From Carcharhinus longimanus (Eukaryota): a stretch of DNA of 64,000 nucleotides. The notes under the pieces were generated by a model. The model saw only the letters and a program-made list of their open reading frames with translations, was not told the origin of the DNA and ran no database searches. Shown piece by piece: positions 36,433 through 49,169 of the stretch; the first letter of the stretch is position 1; every line of letters begins with the position of its first letter. Position numbers and translations under genes: made by a program. Location: assembly GCA_030264375.1 (NCBI GenBank), contig JASCQW010000043.1, positions 89,835,373-89,899,372 of the forward strand, given 5' to 3'.

Positions 36433-39049
36433 ACAATTATTATACTAAATGTGACAGCTTTTCCTAAAGACTGGAGTTATTACAGTTCACATATTATTGG
36501 TGAGTATTTCTCATGCTAATACTAGCACACTGTTAAGGTTGTTTCTGTGGTCCATAATTTCACCTTTTATGGTTTGCTGAAAATTAAGGAGATGGGGGCA
36601 TTTGTTGACCATCCTCCTGCTGTAGCTGTACTATTGTTCTCTTTATACCGCAGAAAAGCAAAAGTCAAATACTGTTGCAACTTTTTTTATTCTGAATGCG
36701 CCTTCCCCTTTTGAAGCGATTCCTCCAGGTGAGCACATATTAACTCCTTTGCAGAACTAAGCCAACAGGAAACAAGCTTGAATGATTTATCATTACATAC
36801 CTGTCTAAGGATAACCAACCTTATTTGTTGGAACAAACTGCAGATGCTGCACTGGTAATGTCCATCTCTTTCACATTTGATATATTGCAATTAAACTTCA
36901 TCCTTTCATCATCCAGTTCAGAACTTCAATTTGATTCATGCTCTGCTCATCCAAAACAACACAATATTTGTGTTGTGTAATTATCACTGCTGATTAACAT
37001 TAAGTAACCTCAGTAGTCAGAAATGAAGTCACGTTATTGATATTATCCAAGATTCTGGCTAGTGGATTGTAACTGATTTCACAAGAATGTAGCAGCCAAT
37101 GAACTGAAACAATCCATTCATAAAACTATTTTGTGGGTCAATTTTATTTATCAAAGCCTTTCTTGGACATTGTATTTGACCCCATATTATGTTATTTGTT
37201 ATATGGAACCACTTGACCAGGCAACATTGTTCTAATTCAGAGCAAAATCTTGAGAGCAAAAAAAAGTAGAAGAATTATTAATTATCCACTTTTTTCTTAA
37301 TTAGATTTGTGATTATTTTAATATTTCCTGCCAGCCTTGGTTACTAGTTGTCCTATATCTAGTTTTTAAAATTTATTTCCATGGTTTAGGATGATTAGAG
37401 ACAAAACTCTTATTTGAAATAATTCATCATCTTCAATTACTTCCCAGTTGACCTGACTCCCAAGGAAAAAAAAATGCCCCTGATTATTTTTTTCAAGGAT
37501 AATTTGGCAGTTGCTTTTTCCCAACTAAAATCTATCTTTTTGATATTGAGTAACTGAAATCATTCAGATCAAGGGGAGAGTGTATGGCTGGAAAAAGGGC
37601 AACCTTTTCATCTAACTCTAGGTTTCTGCAATATCTTCTTACCTATTTTTGTAGTTAATCTAGAGATTATTTGCAATTGATACCTTTGCCATTCTAAGTA
37701 TGTTTGCTCCTGCATACTAATAATATATTTTTTATAGATGATACTGTGCGTACAAAGGGAGAAAATGGGGGAGGGAGCATATATTAGTTGGAATTATTTG
37801 ATTCTTCAGCAAATTCTCTGGAATCCTTGCGAAGGAAGATCAGCAAAATCTCCTAATCGTACCAACTAAGAATGACCATAGTGGGTTGGGGATCTTTTGC
37901 AACACCCATCTAATCTGGTTACAATCCTGATCTTGGTTAGTGGATTAACAGTTTATCAATCCAAATTGGGAAAGATTATTTTCTGGACAAGTTTTCTCAT
38001 TATCAAGGGGATTACCCTTAGATAAACTGAACCATGCCCTACCCACCCCAGTTCGCATCGCAACTGTTTAAAAGAAAAGCAATTCTCAGATACTTTACAT
38101 TCAGCAAAAAAAAGTTCGCATTTACAAACAGCCTCACAAGCACTGGACATCTTGAAGCACCTTGCAGCCAATGGAAGTGCTTGAAGTGTAATCACTGTTG
38201 TAATAGAAGAACTTCTAATCTCCAGGCTTTAACCTAAAAAATTTATGAAAATGTTTCTATCTTCCTTGCCATTGAAACTTGGGCAAACATTTGGTGATTT
38301 CAGTTACAGCCTGGTTGAACTTGTCAATATCTAACAAACCCCCTTTACCTTCTCTTGTGCTATTGAATGGCTAGCTGTTCACATCAGTTTCTTTATTTCC
38401 TTCACATAACCATTCCAATTCCCTCTTCCTTTGTACCTTCATATCAAAAGGGAGCACTTCTGATAATCAATCTTATTACCTGCCTAGTTTGTGGCATAAC
38501 TTTGTAGAAGGTGTGGTTGAACTGCTTGATGCAACATAAACATAATTTAGCTTTCTGATGCACTTGTGTTCAGGAAAATTGTTTGGGGGGGGGGGGGTCA
38601 ACCATCATCGGTCATTTGGCTGTAGCATTAATCTCAGTTATTTGTCTTGTGTGCTGTTGCATGATTGCATAGACATCAGTTCATCTGCAGGTATGTGTGT
38701 GTGCCCAATCCTCCTTTAAGTACTTAATACTGTTTCCATCATTGCAATATTACGTTTTCTAACAGTGTAAAACATAGCCTTTCAAAATGAAAAATCGGCG
38801 ATGAAACCTTTTGGACTGCTGGACCCAATTCCGAAATGTTAAGCTTGTTTCCTGTCATTGCCATTTCCCATGACTAATTCATTAGCTTTCCAGATCCCAT
38901 AGTATTTATTTTTCTCTCTGGGTTTAGGCACCATTTTTACAAGTAAAGGAAAGATATTCTGAGAAATTTGTCAATATTGGGGGAAGGAAAAACCCTCATC
39001 AGGCAGCCCTTCTGCTGGATTGCAAATTAAAACTTAAGTTGTAGTTAAT

Positions 39050-39780
39050 CCACTTGGCGCCTCAAGCCATTCAGTGAAATCAGCACTGATCTGATCTTAG
39101 CCTCAATTGCACTTATCCTATATATCCCTCATAACCCTTGACTGTATTATAGTTCATGAATTTAACACTACTTTTGATATATTCAATGACTGAGTCTGCA
39201 CAGCTGTTAGGTAGGGAATTAACAGCTTTGAGAAGAAATTTTTCTTGCCTTAAATAGGACATGCTTATTTGTAACTGTACCCCCTAGCCTGGTTCCTCCC
39301 ACCCCACAAGGGGGAACCTTCAGCATCCACCCTGTCAAGACCCCCTCAATCTTTTAGGCTTCAACTAAATCACCTCTTATTCTTCTGAAATTCAAGGAGA
39401 AGGGGCTCAACCTTACTGTATGCAGTAAATGTGATCTTTCCCAATGTCCTGTAAAGTCGTAGCAAGATTTCACTACTTTTATACTGCATTCCTGTTGTAG
39501 TAAACATAAATATTTCATTCACTTTCATTATTTGCCATACCTTGAGAGGCACCCAAGAACCTCCATCCTCAACATTTTGTCGTGTCTCTCCACTGAAATA
39601 ATATTCTACTTTTCTGTTCTGTACACCAAAGTAGACAACCTCACATGTTCTCACCTTATACTGAATCTTTTTGCCCACAGGCTTAACATATACGTATCCC
39701 TTTTGCAGATTTTTGCCCTCAGGCTTAACCTATCTATATCCCTTTTGCAGATTCTTTGGATCCTTCTCAACTTGCAACAC
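39050..39780 (-). mobile_element. Decayed CR1 LINE 3' fragment
   Basis: Minus ORF CEVVYFG.QNRKVEYY..YKSSEILLRLYRTL; contains a ~42-nt tandem duplication at ~39668-39752. Confidence 0.75.
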
Positions 39781-39866
39781 AAAGACAGATGGAAAAAGCA
39801 ATTACGTTATTCTCTTATAATGAGAATAATCTAAAATTAGTTTTGTTAAAGGTCATTTATCACTTC

Positions 39867-40160
39867 AGTGCTATAGTGGGAGTGCTGGACTGTCAGAGGC
39901 ACATCTTTGTGATGAGACACTAAACTGCGATCCTGTCTGCCTTTTGCTGGATGGAAAAGGTCTTGTGGATCACTGTGAAGAAGAGCAAGGAGTTTGTCTC
40001 ATGTCTTAGTGCAGCACTGCAAACAATATCTGACTATTGTTTTCTTTTTGTTTTGGGGAATTGGTGTGCAAATTGGCTGCCATTCCAACAGTGACTACAC
40101 TATCAAAGCATTTTTGGACATCTTGAATTTGTGAACAGTGCTATAAAATGCAAGTTTTTG
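39867..40160 (+). mobile_element. SacSINE1-like DeuSINE
   Basis: Deu-domain gggagtgctggactgtcagagg..gatgagacactaaactg.gatcctgtctgcc..gaagaagagcaaggagtt and tail gtgctataaaatgcaagtt. Confidence 0.75.
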
Positions 40161-41629
40161 AAATGGCATACTGAAATTGTACCTTGTTGTTCAGTGTTCC
40201 TTCATTCTATTAAGAATATTAAGTCATTTATTTCCATTGTCTGTTGTATCAGTCTTTCAAGATTTGGCACAAAACGTGATTAATTTTTAGCTGCAGGAAT
40301 GAGTTGAGATGGCCTTAACATAAAAGGAGGTTTTCTACCTTGAGATTGAATGGTCGTTCTGTTACTTTCTCCTAGCTAATGGACAGCAGATAAGTGAACT
40401 GTTTAAATAAGACTGCTTAAATATGAGGCGTGCAATGAGGGGTTGAGGAGAGGCTAGCAGGAACAGGATGAGTGAGCCAGAGACTTTGCAGATCTCACAA
40501 TTAGTGTACAGCAGCAGGTAGAAGAAATCAAATGGATGAAATCAAAAAGAAAGTAACTTGGTATTTTAAATTTAATGCACCAATTTAATCAATTTGCAAA
40601 AACTGTATAGATTTGAGGGAATTTGTTGGTTCCATGGATAAGCATTTTATCCTTTCACCTCAGACTTGGATTCAAGCCAGAATCATGGGACTGTAGTTGT
40701 GTTATAAAACTGAAGATTGCCACTGCAATTCTACTTCAACCAATGCTATAGCATAAAAATGATCTAATACATAAAAATTAGAAACAGGGGTCTGCCATTT
40801 GGCCCTTTGAAATTTCTCCACCATCCAACAAACAATGACTGAAATCCTACCTCACTTCTAACTTTCCACACAATCCCCATAATCCCTCTTAATTTTCTTT
40901 GTATCAAAAGATCTACCAATATCTATGTCTCCATAACTTTCTTGGGTAGAGAATTCCAAACATTGCAACTTTTGAGAGAAGGCATTTTTCTCCATGTCTC
41001 TCAATGGTTGAGATCATGAAACTGTTTTAGATTCCCTACCTTGGACAAACATATTTTCTCACTATTTATTTTGTCAGTCTGTTGTGAGCACAAAATCCAT
41101 TGCACAAACAGCACAATTTGAGGTTTGAAATTGCTTTGTTTTAAGCTAAACGATTATTATTGCGATACTGAAGGCTGCTGTTCAGGAGATGCCTAGCTCT
41201 CAGAACAGATTATTTTCATTTGCAGATGTCATTACTTAATGAGAACAATTGATTTTCCTTTTACATACTCAAATTCAAGAGTAAAAATAGGAAATGCTCC
41301 CCCTAAAAATTGGAGGGGGAGGTTGAATTTTTTCTTCACCTTATGTCAACAAAAATCTGTAGAAATCCCCCAAAAAGGCGCAAATGCAAATTTTCCTTCG
41401 GTTTTTGGGAAAATCCCCAGCTCTCTTTTTTTCCCCATCCCCTGCCATTATCTTCTTTCTGTCAAGAGAATTAAACTTGGATTGCTGTAAAAATTAGTTT
41501 GGCTCCGCAAAGTCATTGCTTTAAAACAATGATCAGTAAGTGCAGAAGTATTGGAAATGTTGCTTTAGCAGACCACTTATTTCTACACAAGGGCCAATTC
41601 AGCACCTGTAATTTTATTACTCCACTGAA

Positions 41630-42320
41630 AATAATTTGCACTTAACAGCACCTTTTTGATATGGTAAACATCGCAAAACGTAAGAAAGTCATGAAAGAAA
41701 AAAATCAACAGCAGACAACCAGCTTTGTCAGAGCAGGTTTTAAAGAGCAGTTGAAATGAGACAAGAAGAGGTTATGAAGGGAATTTGAGAGCTTGGGATC
41801 TTGGCAGCTGAAGATACTTGAAGAAATTTGAGTGTGTATGAAAGACTAGAAGTGGAGGATTGTTGAGAGCTTGGATGGCTCTAGAAATAGAGGACTTAGA
41901 GATGGGGACGGCTGAAACTATAAAGGGATTTGAAAATGATAGAATTTTAAAAAGGTGTTGCCAGTCTGGGAGACTGTGTAGGCCAATGAGCACAGGTGAT
42001 TTAGTGAGAGTTGGGATATTGGTAGCATGGGTTTATGATTGAGGATGCAAGAAGGGGGTCAGTCATTAGGAGCATTGGGATAGTCTAGAGGTTACAAAAG
42101 CATGGATGAGTGGTTCTGGAGCAGATGAGCTGAGGTAGGAGTGGAAACTAGTGATGATATGGGGATGACAGTGGGCAGCGTAGGTGATAGAGAGGATGTA
42201 AGGTTCAGTTCTGGCAAATATGAAACCGAGGATGCCAACGGTCTGGTTCTGCTGAACTGAGGGCTGAATTCCATTTGCTTGTAGAGAAAATAATTTCACT
42301 TCAGGGCAGACCATGGTTAG
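41630..42320 (-). mobile_element. L2 LINE 3' fragment
   Basis: Minus peptides LSSSAPEPLIHAFVTSRL and LHSLPDWQHLFKIL. Confidence 0.8.
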
Positions 42321-42464
42321 GAATCAGAAGTAGAAGAGAGTCACAGATAAATCCATTAGAGAATTTAGATGAAAACTCTTCATTGAGAAACTGATTTAGA
42401 ATGTGGAAATAGTAGTTCAATAAATATCAGATTCGTTTAACGTGGAAGTGACATAATCACATGT

Positions 42465-43540
42465 CTTAGGCCCAACCATCTTCAGTTGCTTCATCAAAAC
42501 CTTTCTTCTATCATGAAGTCAGAAGTGAGGATGTGCAGTCATCAGTGAACAATGGGTAAAAGCAAATTACTGCGGATGCTGGAATCTGAAACCAGAAAAG
42601 AAAATGCTGGAAAATCTCAGCAGATCTGGCAGCATCTGTAAGGAGAGAAAAGAACTGACATTTCAAGTCTAGATGACCCTTTTTCAAAGCTATGACAAAA
42701 GGTCTTCTGGATTCGAAACCTCAGCTCTTTTTTTCTCTCCTTACAGGTAATGCTAGACTATCAGTGAACAATGTTCAGTATTGTTCGCAACTCCTCAAAT
42801 ACTGAAGCAGTATGTGTCCAATTGAAGCAGGACCTGAACAGTATCCAAGATTGGATTGACAAGTAGAATTTGAGCCGGGCAATGACTACCTCCAACAAGA
42901 GAGGATTTAACCATTACCCTTTGACATTCAATGACATTACCATCGCTGAATCTCTGATTATTAGCATCCTGTGAATTACCAGAAACTGTATTGGTGTAGC
43001 CATAAAAAAACTGTGGCTACCAGAGCAAGTCAAAAGCTAGGAATCCTGCAGCAAGTAACTAACCTCCTAACCACCACCACCACCCCCCCACCCCCCAAAA
43101 GTATGTCCATCATCTNNNNNNNNNNNNNNNNNNNNNNNNNNNNNNNNNNNNNNNNNNNNNNNNNNNNNNNNNNNNNNNNNNNNNNNNNNNNNNNNNNNNN
43201 NNNNNNNNNNNNNNNCCCACCCCCCAAAAGTATGTCCATCATCTACAAGGCACAAATCAGGAACGTACTAGAATACTGTCCACTTGCCTGGATGAGTGCA
43301 GCTCAAACAACATTGAAGACAAAGTAGCCTGATTGATTACCAGCCCTTCCACAAACATTTAATGCCTTAACCTCCAATGAATAGTGGCAGCCATGTGTAC
43401 CAACTACAAGTTGCACTGCAGGAACTCACCAAGGAATTAGGCGGCACTATGGTCACTGCCACCTTCTCAAGGGCACCTAGGGATGAGCAATAAATGCTGG
43501 CCCGACCAGTGATGCGCACATCCCATAAATGCATTAAAAA
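42465..43540 (+). mobile_element. CR1/Jockey-group LINE RT to 3' end ('AWMSAAPT' family)
   Basis: VLGPTIFSCFI...RASQKLGILQQV..IYKAQIRNVLEYCPLAWMSAAQTTLK; tail ggatgagcaataaatgctggcc. Confidence 0.85.
42555..42759. mobile_element. Palindromic Penelope-derived element with 14-bp TSD
   Basis: TSD atcagtgaacaatg at 42541-42554 and 42760-42773; imperfect palindrome centred on agct at 42688-42691. Confidence 0.85.
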
Positions 43541-44244
43541 TGAGGGCAAATCAAATGCAAGGTTATATTACCGTTGGATGAAGATGAATGGGAGGAAACT
43601 TATATGGAGCACGAATGCTAGAATGGACCAGTTGAGGTAACTGGGATGATTTGAATTTCAACCAGTTTGTTTGTTAAAAGTCATGTTGTGATAATAGTTT
43701 TTGACGAAGCATGGAATTTTTCATTCGATACTTGTGTATACTGCTCAGATTCTCTCTACTTATTCAAAATGGGTATGGACTCACAATTGATAAAACATGA
43801 GACTTCAGGCCCTTTGAGATTGTCCATTTCATTTAAACATGTACCAATTCATAACAGTTTAGTGTTGCAGTTTAGTTTGAAAATGTAGCTGTTTCAAAGG
43901 TCAGTGAATTCCATTGATGAAGAATCATCAAGACTGTCTGGACTTGCTGTCAAAGGTATAGAAATGGAGAAGTGATATTGGACTCTATTGCTTCAAACAG
44001 AGAATATCTGGTTACTGCATCTATATATTCATCAATGGTTATGACGAGGAACATGGAAGTTCTGTAGCTTCTTTTCACAATGGCTTATAGATCCCTATTG
44101 CCACTTTTGAGATTCACCTTTTGAATATTAAACCGTGCCTTTGTGTGTCCCTTCCAAACTTAGCTCGAATGATTTTTGGTTAAGTACCCCAAGCCCTACC
44201 CTATAAACTGTGACCTATTCAAAACTCTGGTGTATGTATCCCAA

Positions 44245-44965
44245 TAGAAGGACACGTTAATAGGGTGGTGTACAAGGCATATGGGATACTTGCCTTAATC
44301 AATTAAGGCATAAATTACAAAAGCAGGGAAGTCATGTTGGTGTTGTACGGAATTTTGCATGAGGCCAGTGTACTGTGTGCAGTTCATGTTGCCACATTAT
44401 AGAAGGATGTGATTGCACTGAAGGGGATACAGAGAAGATTCACCAGGATACTGCCTGGGATAGAATATTTTAAGTTATGAAGAGAGGTTGGGTAGACTTG
44501 GGTTGTTTTCGTGAGAACAGTCAAAACTGAGGGATGACCTGATTGAGATGAACAAGATTGAGGGCATGGATGGGATGGATAAGGAGCAGCTGTTCCCCTT
44601 AGAAGAAAGATCAGTCATGAGGGGACACAAGCTCAAAGTGAGGGACAGGAAGTTTGTTCAAAGTCATGTTGGAATAATAGTTTTTGAGGAAGCATGGAAT
44701 TTGTCACCTGGTACCTGTGTACTGTGCTCAGATTCTCTCTCTTTGTTCAAAATGGTGGTGATTGTCTGAAATGCATTGCCTGGGAGGGTAATAGAGACAG
44801 CTTGCCTCTCATTCTTTTAAAAAGTACCTGCATGAGTACTTGGCATGTCATAACATTCAAGGCCAAGACCAAGTGTTGATAAGTGGGATTAGATGGGAGG
44901 TCAGGTGTGTCACACGTCAGTACAGAATTGATGGCCCAAAGGGCCTCTTCTGCACTGTATTGTTG
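44245..44965 (+). mobile_element. CR1 (HER1-like) LINE 3' end
   Basis: KAYGILALI..YKSREVML.LY..YCVQF..PHYR.DV.AL.G.QRRFTR.LPG; tail gggcctcttctgcactgtatt. Confidence 0.85.
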
Positions 44966-45269
44966 TTATCCATTGATTGTTATCCATTGACCTATCGTTA
45001 CTTGCTTTTTGCCTCCCTTCCATTTCAAACACTGGTGTCACATTGGCTGTTTTCCAATCTTTTGGTGCTTCTCCAGAGGCCACAGATTTTTGGAAAATTA
45101 TAACTGATGCATCCACTACCTCTGCACTGCTTCTTTTAGGATCCTAGGAGGCAAGCCATCAGGCCAGGGGACTTGTATGCCTTTAAGTCCATTAGTGTGT
45201 CCAATACTATTATCTATTGATCGCACTTAATTCCTCCCCCATATTCATAGGATGTATCTTCCACTGTTA

Positions 45270-47020
45270 TAAATGTATTGGAAGGCAGTCATCTTAAACA
45301 CTTGCCCACATGGTGTAGGTATATCTACTGTGCTATTAGGAAAGGCTTTCCAAGATTTTGACCCAGTGACTGTAAAGAAATGGTAGTAAATTTGAGTCGG
45401 CATGGTGTTTGGCTTGGAGGGGTACTTGCAGATGTTCCCATGCATCTGCTACCCTTGTCCTTCTTGAAGGTAGAATTTGTGGAAGGTGCTGCTGGAGGAG
45501 CCTGGATGAATTGCTGCGATGTATTTTGTAGATGGTGCACGTGTCATAGAATACTCTGCACTTGCTTGGATGAGTCCAGCTCCAATACCTTTCAAGAAAC
45601 TCAATAGCATCGAGGGAGGTAATGGCCTAGCGGTATTGTCGCTAGACTATTAATCCAGAAACTCAGCTGTGCCTCGGTAGTGTAGGGAATAATTGTTTGA
45701 GGTGCTGATCAAGCAAGTTGCTCTTTTCTTATTTGTTCATGGGACGTGGGCGTTGCTGGCTAGCATTTATCGCCCATCCCTAGTTCCCTGAGGACAGTTG
45801 AGACTCAATCGCATTGCTGCGGCTCTGGAGTTATATGACTGGGTAAGGACAGCAGATTTCCTTCCCTAAAGGATATTAGTGAACCAGATGGGTTGCTTTA
45901 GCAATCGACAATTGTGGATTCATAGATTCTTAATTCCAGATTTTTTTTTTCCCTGTTGAATTCAATTCCACCACCTGACATGGTGGGATTTGAACCTGAG
46001 TGTCTAGAACATTAGCTGAGTTTCTGGATTAATAGTCTAGCGACAATACCACTGGGCCATTACCTCCTCAATGCTGTTGAGCTTCTTGAAAGGTATTGGA
46101 GCTGGACTCATCCAAGCAGGTGCAGAGTATTCTATCACACGTGATTTGTCGCTTGTAGATGGAGGACAGGCTCGGAGTTGGGAGGTGAGTTGCTCACTGT
46201 AGCCTCTGACCTTACCTTGCAACCACAGTATGTATACGGCTGGTTTAGTTCAGTGTTCCTAGATTTTGAAAGTGGGGGATTCAGTAATGCAGTTGAATGT
46301 CAAGGGAGATGGTTAGATTCTTTCTTGTTGGAGATGGTCATTGCCTGGTAGTTGTATTGTGCAAATGTTACTTAGCAGCCCAAGCCTGGCGTCTTTGCTG
46401 TATAAGGACAGACTGTGTCAGGATTTAAGGAGTCACAAATGGTGCTGAGCACTGCAATGATCAATGAACATCCTCACTTCTGATGTAATGATGGAAGAAA
46501 GGTCATTGATGAAGCAGCTGACATTGCTGGGTCTGGAACATTACCCTGCAGAATTCCTGCAGTGATGTCTTGAGTCTGAGATGATTCGCCTTTAGCAACC
46601 ACAACCATCAAATGTAGTCTCACCTCTTGAGTTTAGCTATTTTGTTCATGTTTTGGATCAAGGTTGTATTGAGGTCAGGAATGGAGTGGCCATGATGGAA
46701 CCGAGACTAAGTATCATTAAGCAGATAAGTGAATAAGTACTGCTTCGTAGCACTGTCAACAACACCTTCCATCATTTTGCTGATGATCGTTGAGTATAGA
46801 CTGATGTGGTACAAATTGGCCAGGTTGGATTTGTCCAGTTTTTTTTTTGTGGATAGGACATACTGGGCAATTTTCTACAATACTGGGTCAATCCCGGTGT
46901 TGTAGCTGCACTGCAGCAGTTTGCCTGGGGGTGTGGCTGGTTTTGAAGCACATGTCTTCCAGACCATCGCTGAAATGTTGTCAGGCTCCATAGCCTTTGC
47001 AGTTCCCAATGCCTTTAGCC
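45270..47020 (-). mobile_element. 'AWMSAAPT' LINE fragment with nested SINE
   Basis: Minus peptide SRVIEYSAPAWMSPAP; RT sequence gtcagaagtgaggatgttc (reverse of ~46467-46484). Confidence 0.8.
45725..46066 (-). mobile_element. tRNA-derived SINE (same family as 6940-7260)
   Basis: Reverse head ggaggtaatggcccagtggtattgtcgctagactattaatcc..caggttcaaatcccacc. Confidence 0.85.
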
Positions 47021-49169
47021 ATTCATAATATCTCTCTGTACTTGCACCAACTGTTTTCTTTCCTCTACCTTTCTGAAATTGCCATTCCTACAGCACCGGT
47101 CTCTTGTGATCTTGCCTCCCTCTATTTGTGCACACTTGGCGGTTGTATTTTCAGCTGGCTATGGAATTGCCTGCCTAATTTCTTTCTTTCTTTCCAACTC
47201 TCTTCGCTTGTCCCAAGATCATCCTCAAAATTCACCACCTTCTGCCAAATATTTAGTCATCCCTTCTGATATTTTCTGCTTTGACCTGGCATTCATTTTC
47301 ATTTCCGATTATGTCTATGTAAAGTGTGTTGGGCATTTTCCTGTGTTAAAGTTACTACATAAATGTGATTGACTTGCACTTCATATTCAATGAGCGTAAA
47401 ACCTAACCNNNNNNNNNNGGGAGTCAAATTTTGTGTGCTACCAGTGCGCAAATTTGTTACCCAATCCCATTAACCCACTTTGAGATACGTCTCATGAATG
47501 AAATCCTACACGTGAAATTACACAGTTTACATATTTACCATTTCCTGCCTTATGCCATTGGAGAGTGGCTGTTCAATTTATAATTTAGTACTCAATTGAT
47601 GCGCTTTGGATGTCAGAAGTGCCCCTCCGGAATCTGGCAGTGAACGCACCTGTGTCCGATTGTCAAACATGGTTTTCTGTCTGCTTTGAACAGGATATTA
47701 TGCAGGCCTAAAAGGGAGGGTGATGATTTGTGTGCCTGAATTGCTAAATGTGTTTCAGTCATCGAAAGTTCCTAACGGGTAACTAAATTGGAAAATTCTC
47801 CTATCACCCCTCCTCCCTCCCCCACACCAAACCCTGCCATAGTCTGTTGCTGATTCACTACTATTTCTTTAAATCTTTCAACTTTTCTTTTAGAGTTTAA
47901 CCCTTTAATTCAATTACAGTTGATTAATGCAGCATTTTATAATGTTAGGCAAAGCTTGTCAATCTCAGCATGTCAGTAGCAGATTTGCCCATCAGCCATA
48001 ATGGAAAGCCACAATGATGTGACACAAAATAAAGGCTGATTTTAACTTGAGGTGCTTGGTCGGTTTTCCTGTATAACCCACTGACCACCTCCACTGAATT
48101 AAAAATTAATTTGCTGTAATTAAATACAGGTACGCACAAAATAACTCCCTTATTGCTAAGTTACAGTCTTAAATTAAAAATTAATTTTATGTAATTAAAA
48201 ACACATAGAAGCTCCCCCCGCCAAGCTAACTTGGACTTAAATTAAAAATTAATTTTGAGTAATTTAAACCAGCATCTGACACAATGCATGTGTTGTGGGA
48301 ATTCAAGGCTATTACCAAACTTTATGTCCAATATTTATCCAATGTTTGGGTATACCACAGAGATATCCAAACTCTAGCTACCTTGGTTTCTGCTAGTGCT
48401 GTTCACTTTTTAAAATATTCTGATATTGCTGAGTTTAGTAGCTCTGGTGGTTTGCAGCACTCTGTGCTCCCTCAGTCTTGAAGTTGAGATTCATCTCAGA
48501 GTTGATAGCATTGCAACCGACCTTTCTGAATTGGGCAGAGCAATTTAAACAGACCAACCCAGAAGCTTGGAGAAACATAAGCACAAATGGATGCAGTGCA
48601 GGCTGCACGTGGATGAGTTAATGTGGCTTTGCCAGTTGGATGCTCAGGACTTCAGGGACCAAATATCTAAGGCCTGAAGAACAATCATTTCGCATCCTGA
48701 AGCTAGCAGATTCAATGATGAAATATGGTTGACACTGCTTCCTTATAATTATAATTTTTCAAATTATCAGTAAAAGAAGTGTAATAAATTGGAAGTGACT
48801 CAATGAGGCTTTAGAACACACAATTCCTCAGGGAATGCCCCTTGAAGAGGCCATGCTACCACAAAGTATGATATATTATCCTAGATAAAATTGATTTCTA
48901 TGACAGACAAACACCATTGTGTAGACTGAGGTAAGCATGATGCAAAAAACATGCATGTTATGCTGTTATATGACATTTATCAATGTCCAAATCTTTAAAC
49001 GTAATTAAATTTAATAGAATTGTTTCATTTTTGAGTTGGGATCTAGTATAACGCAACGAAAAAGGGTTAATATTCTTGTGGAAGCAAGGACAAAGTGTGA
49101 AGTGTTTATATTGAATTTGCAAGTGTTCTTTTTAAGTCCAAATCTCAACAAAGCAAATGCTTGATATGA

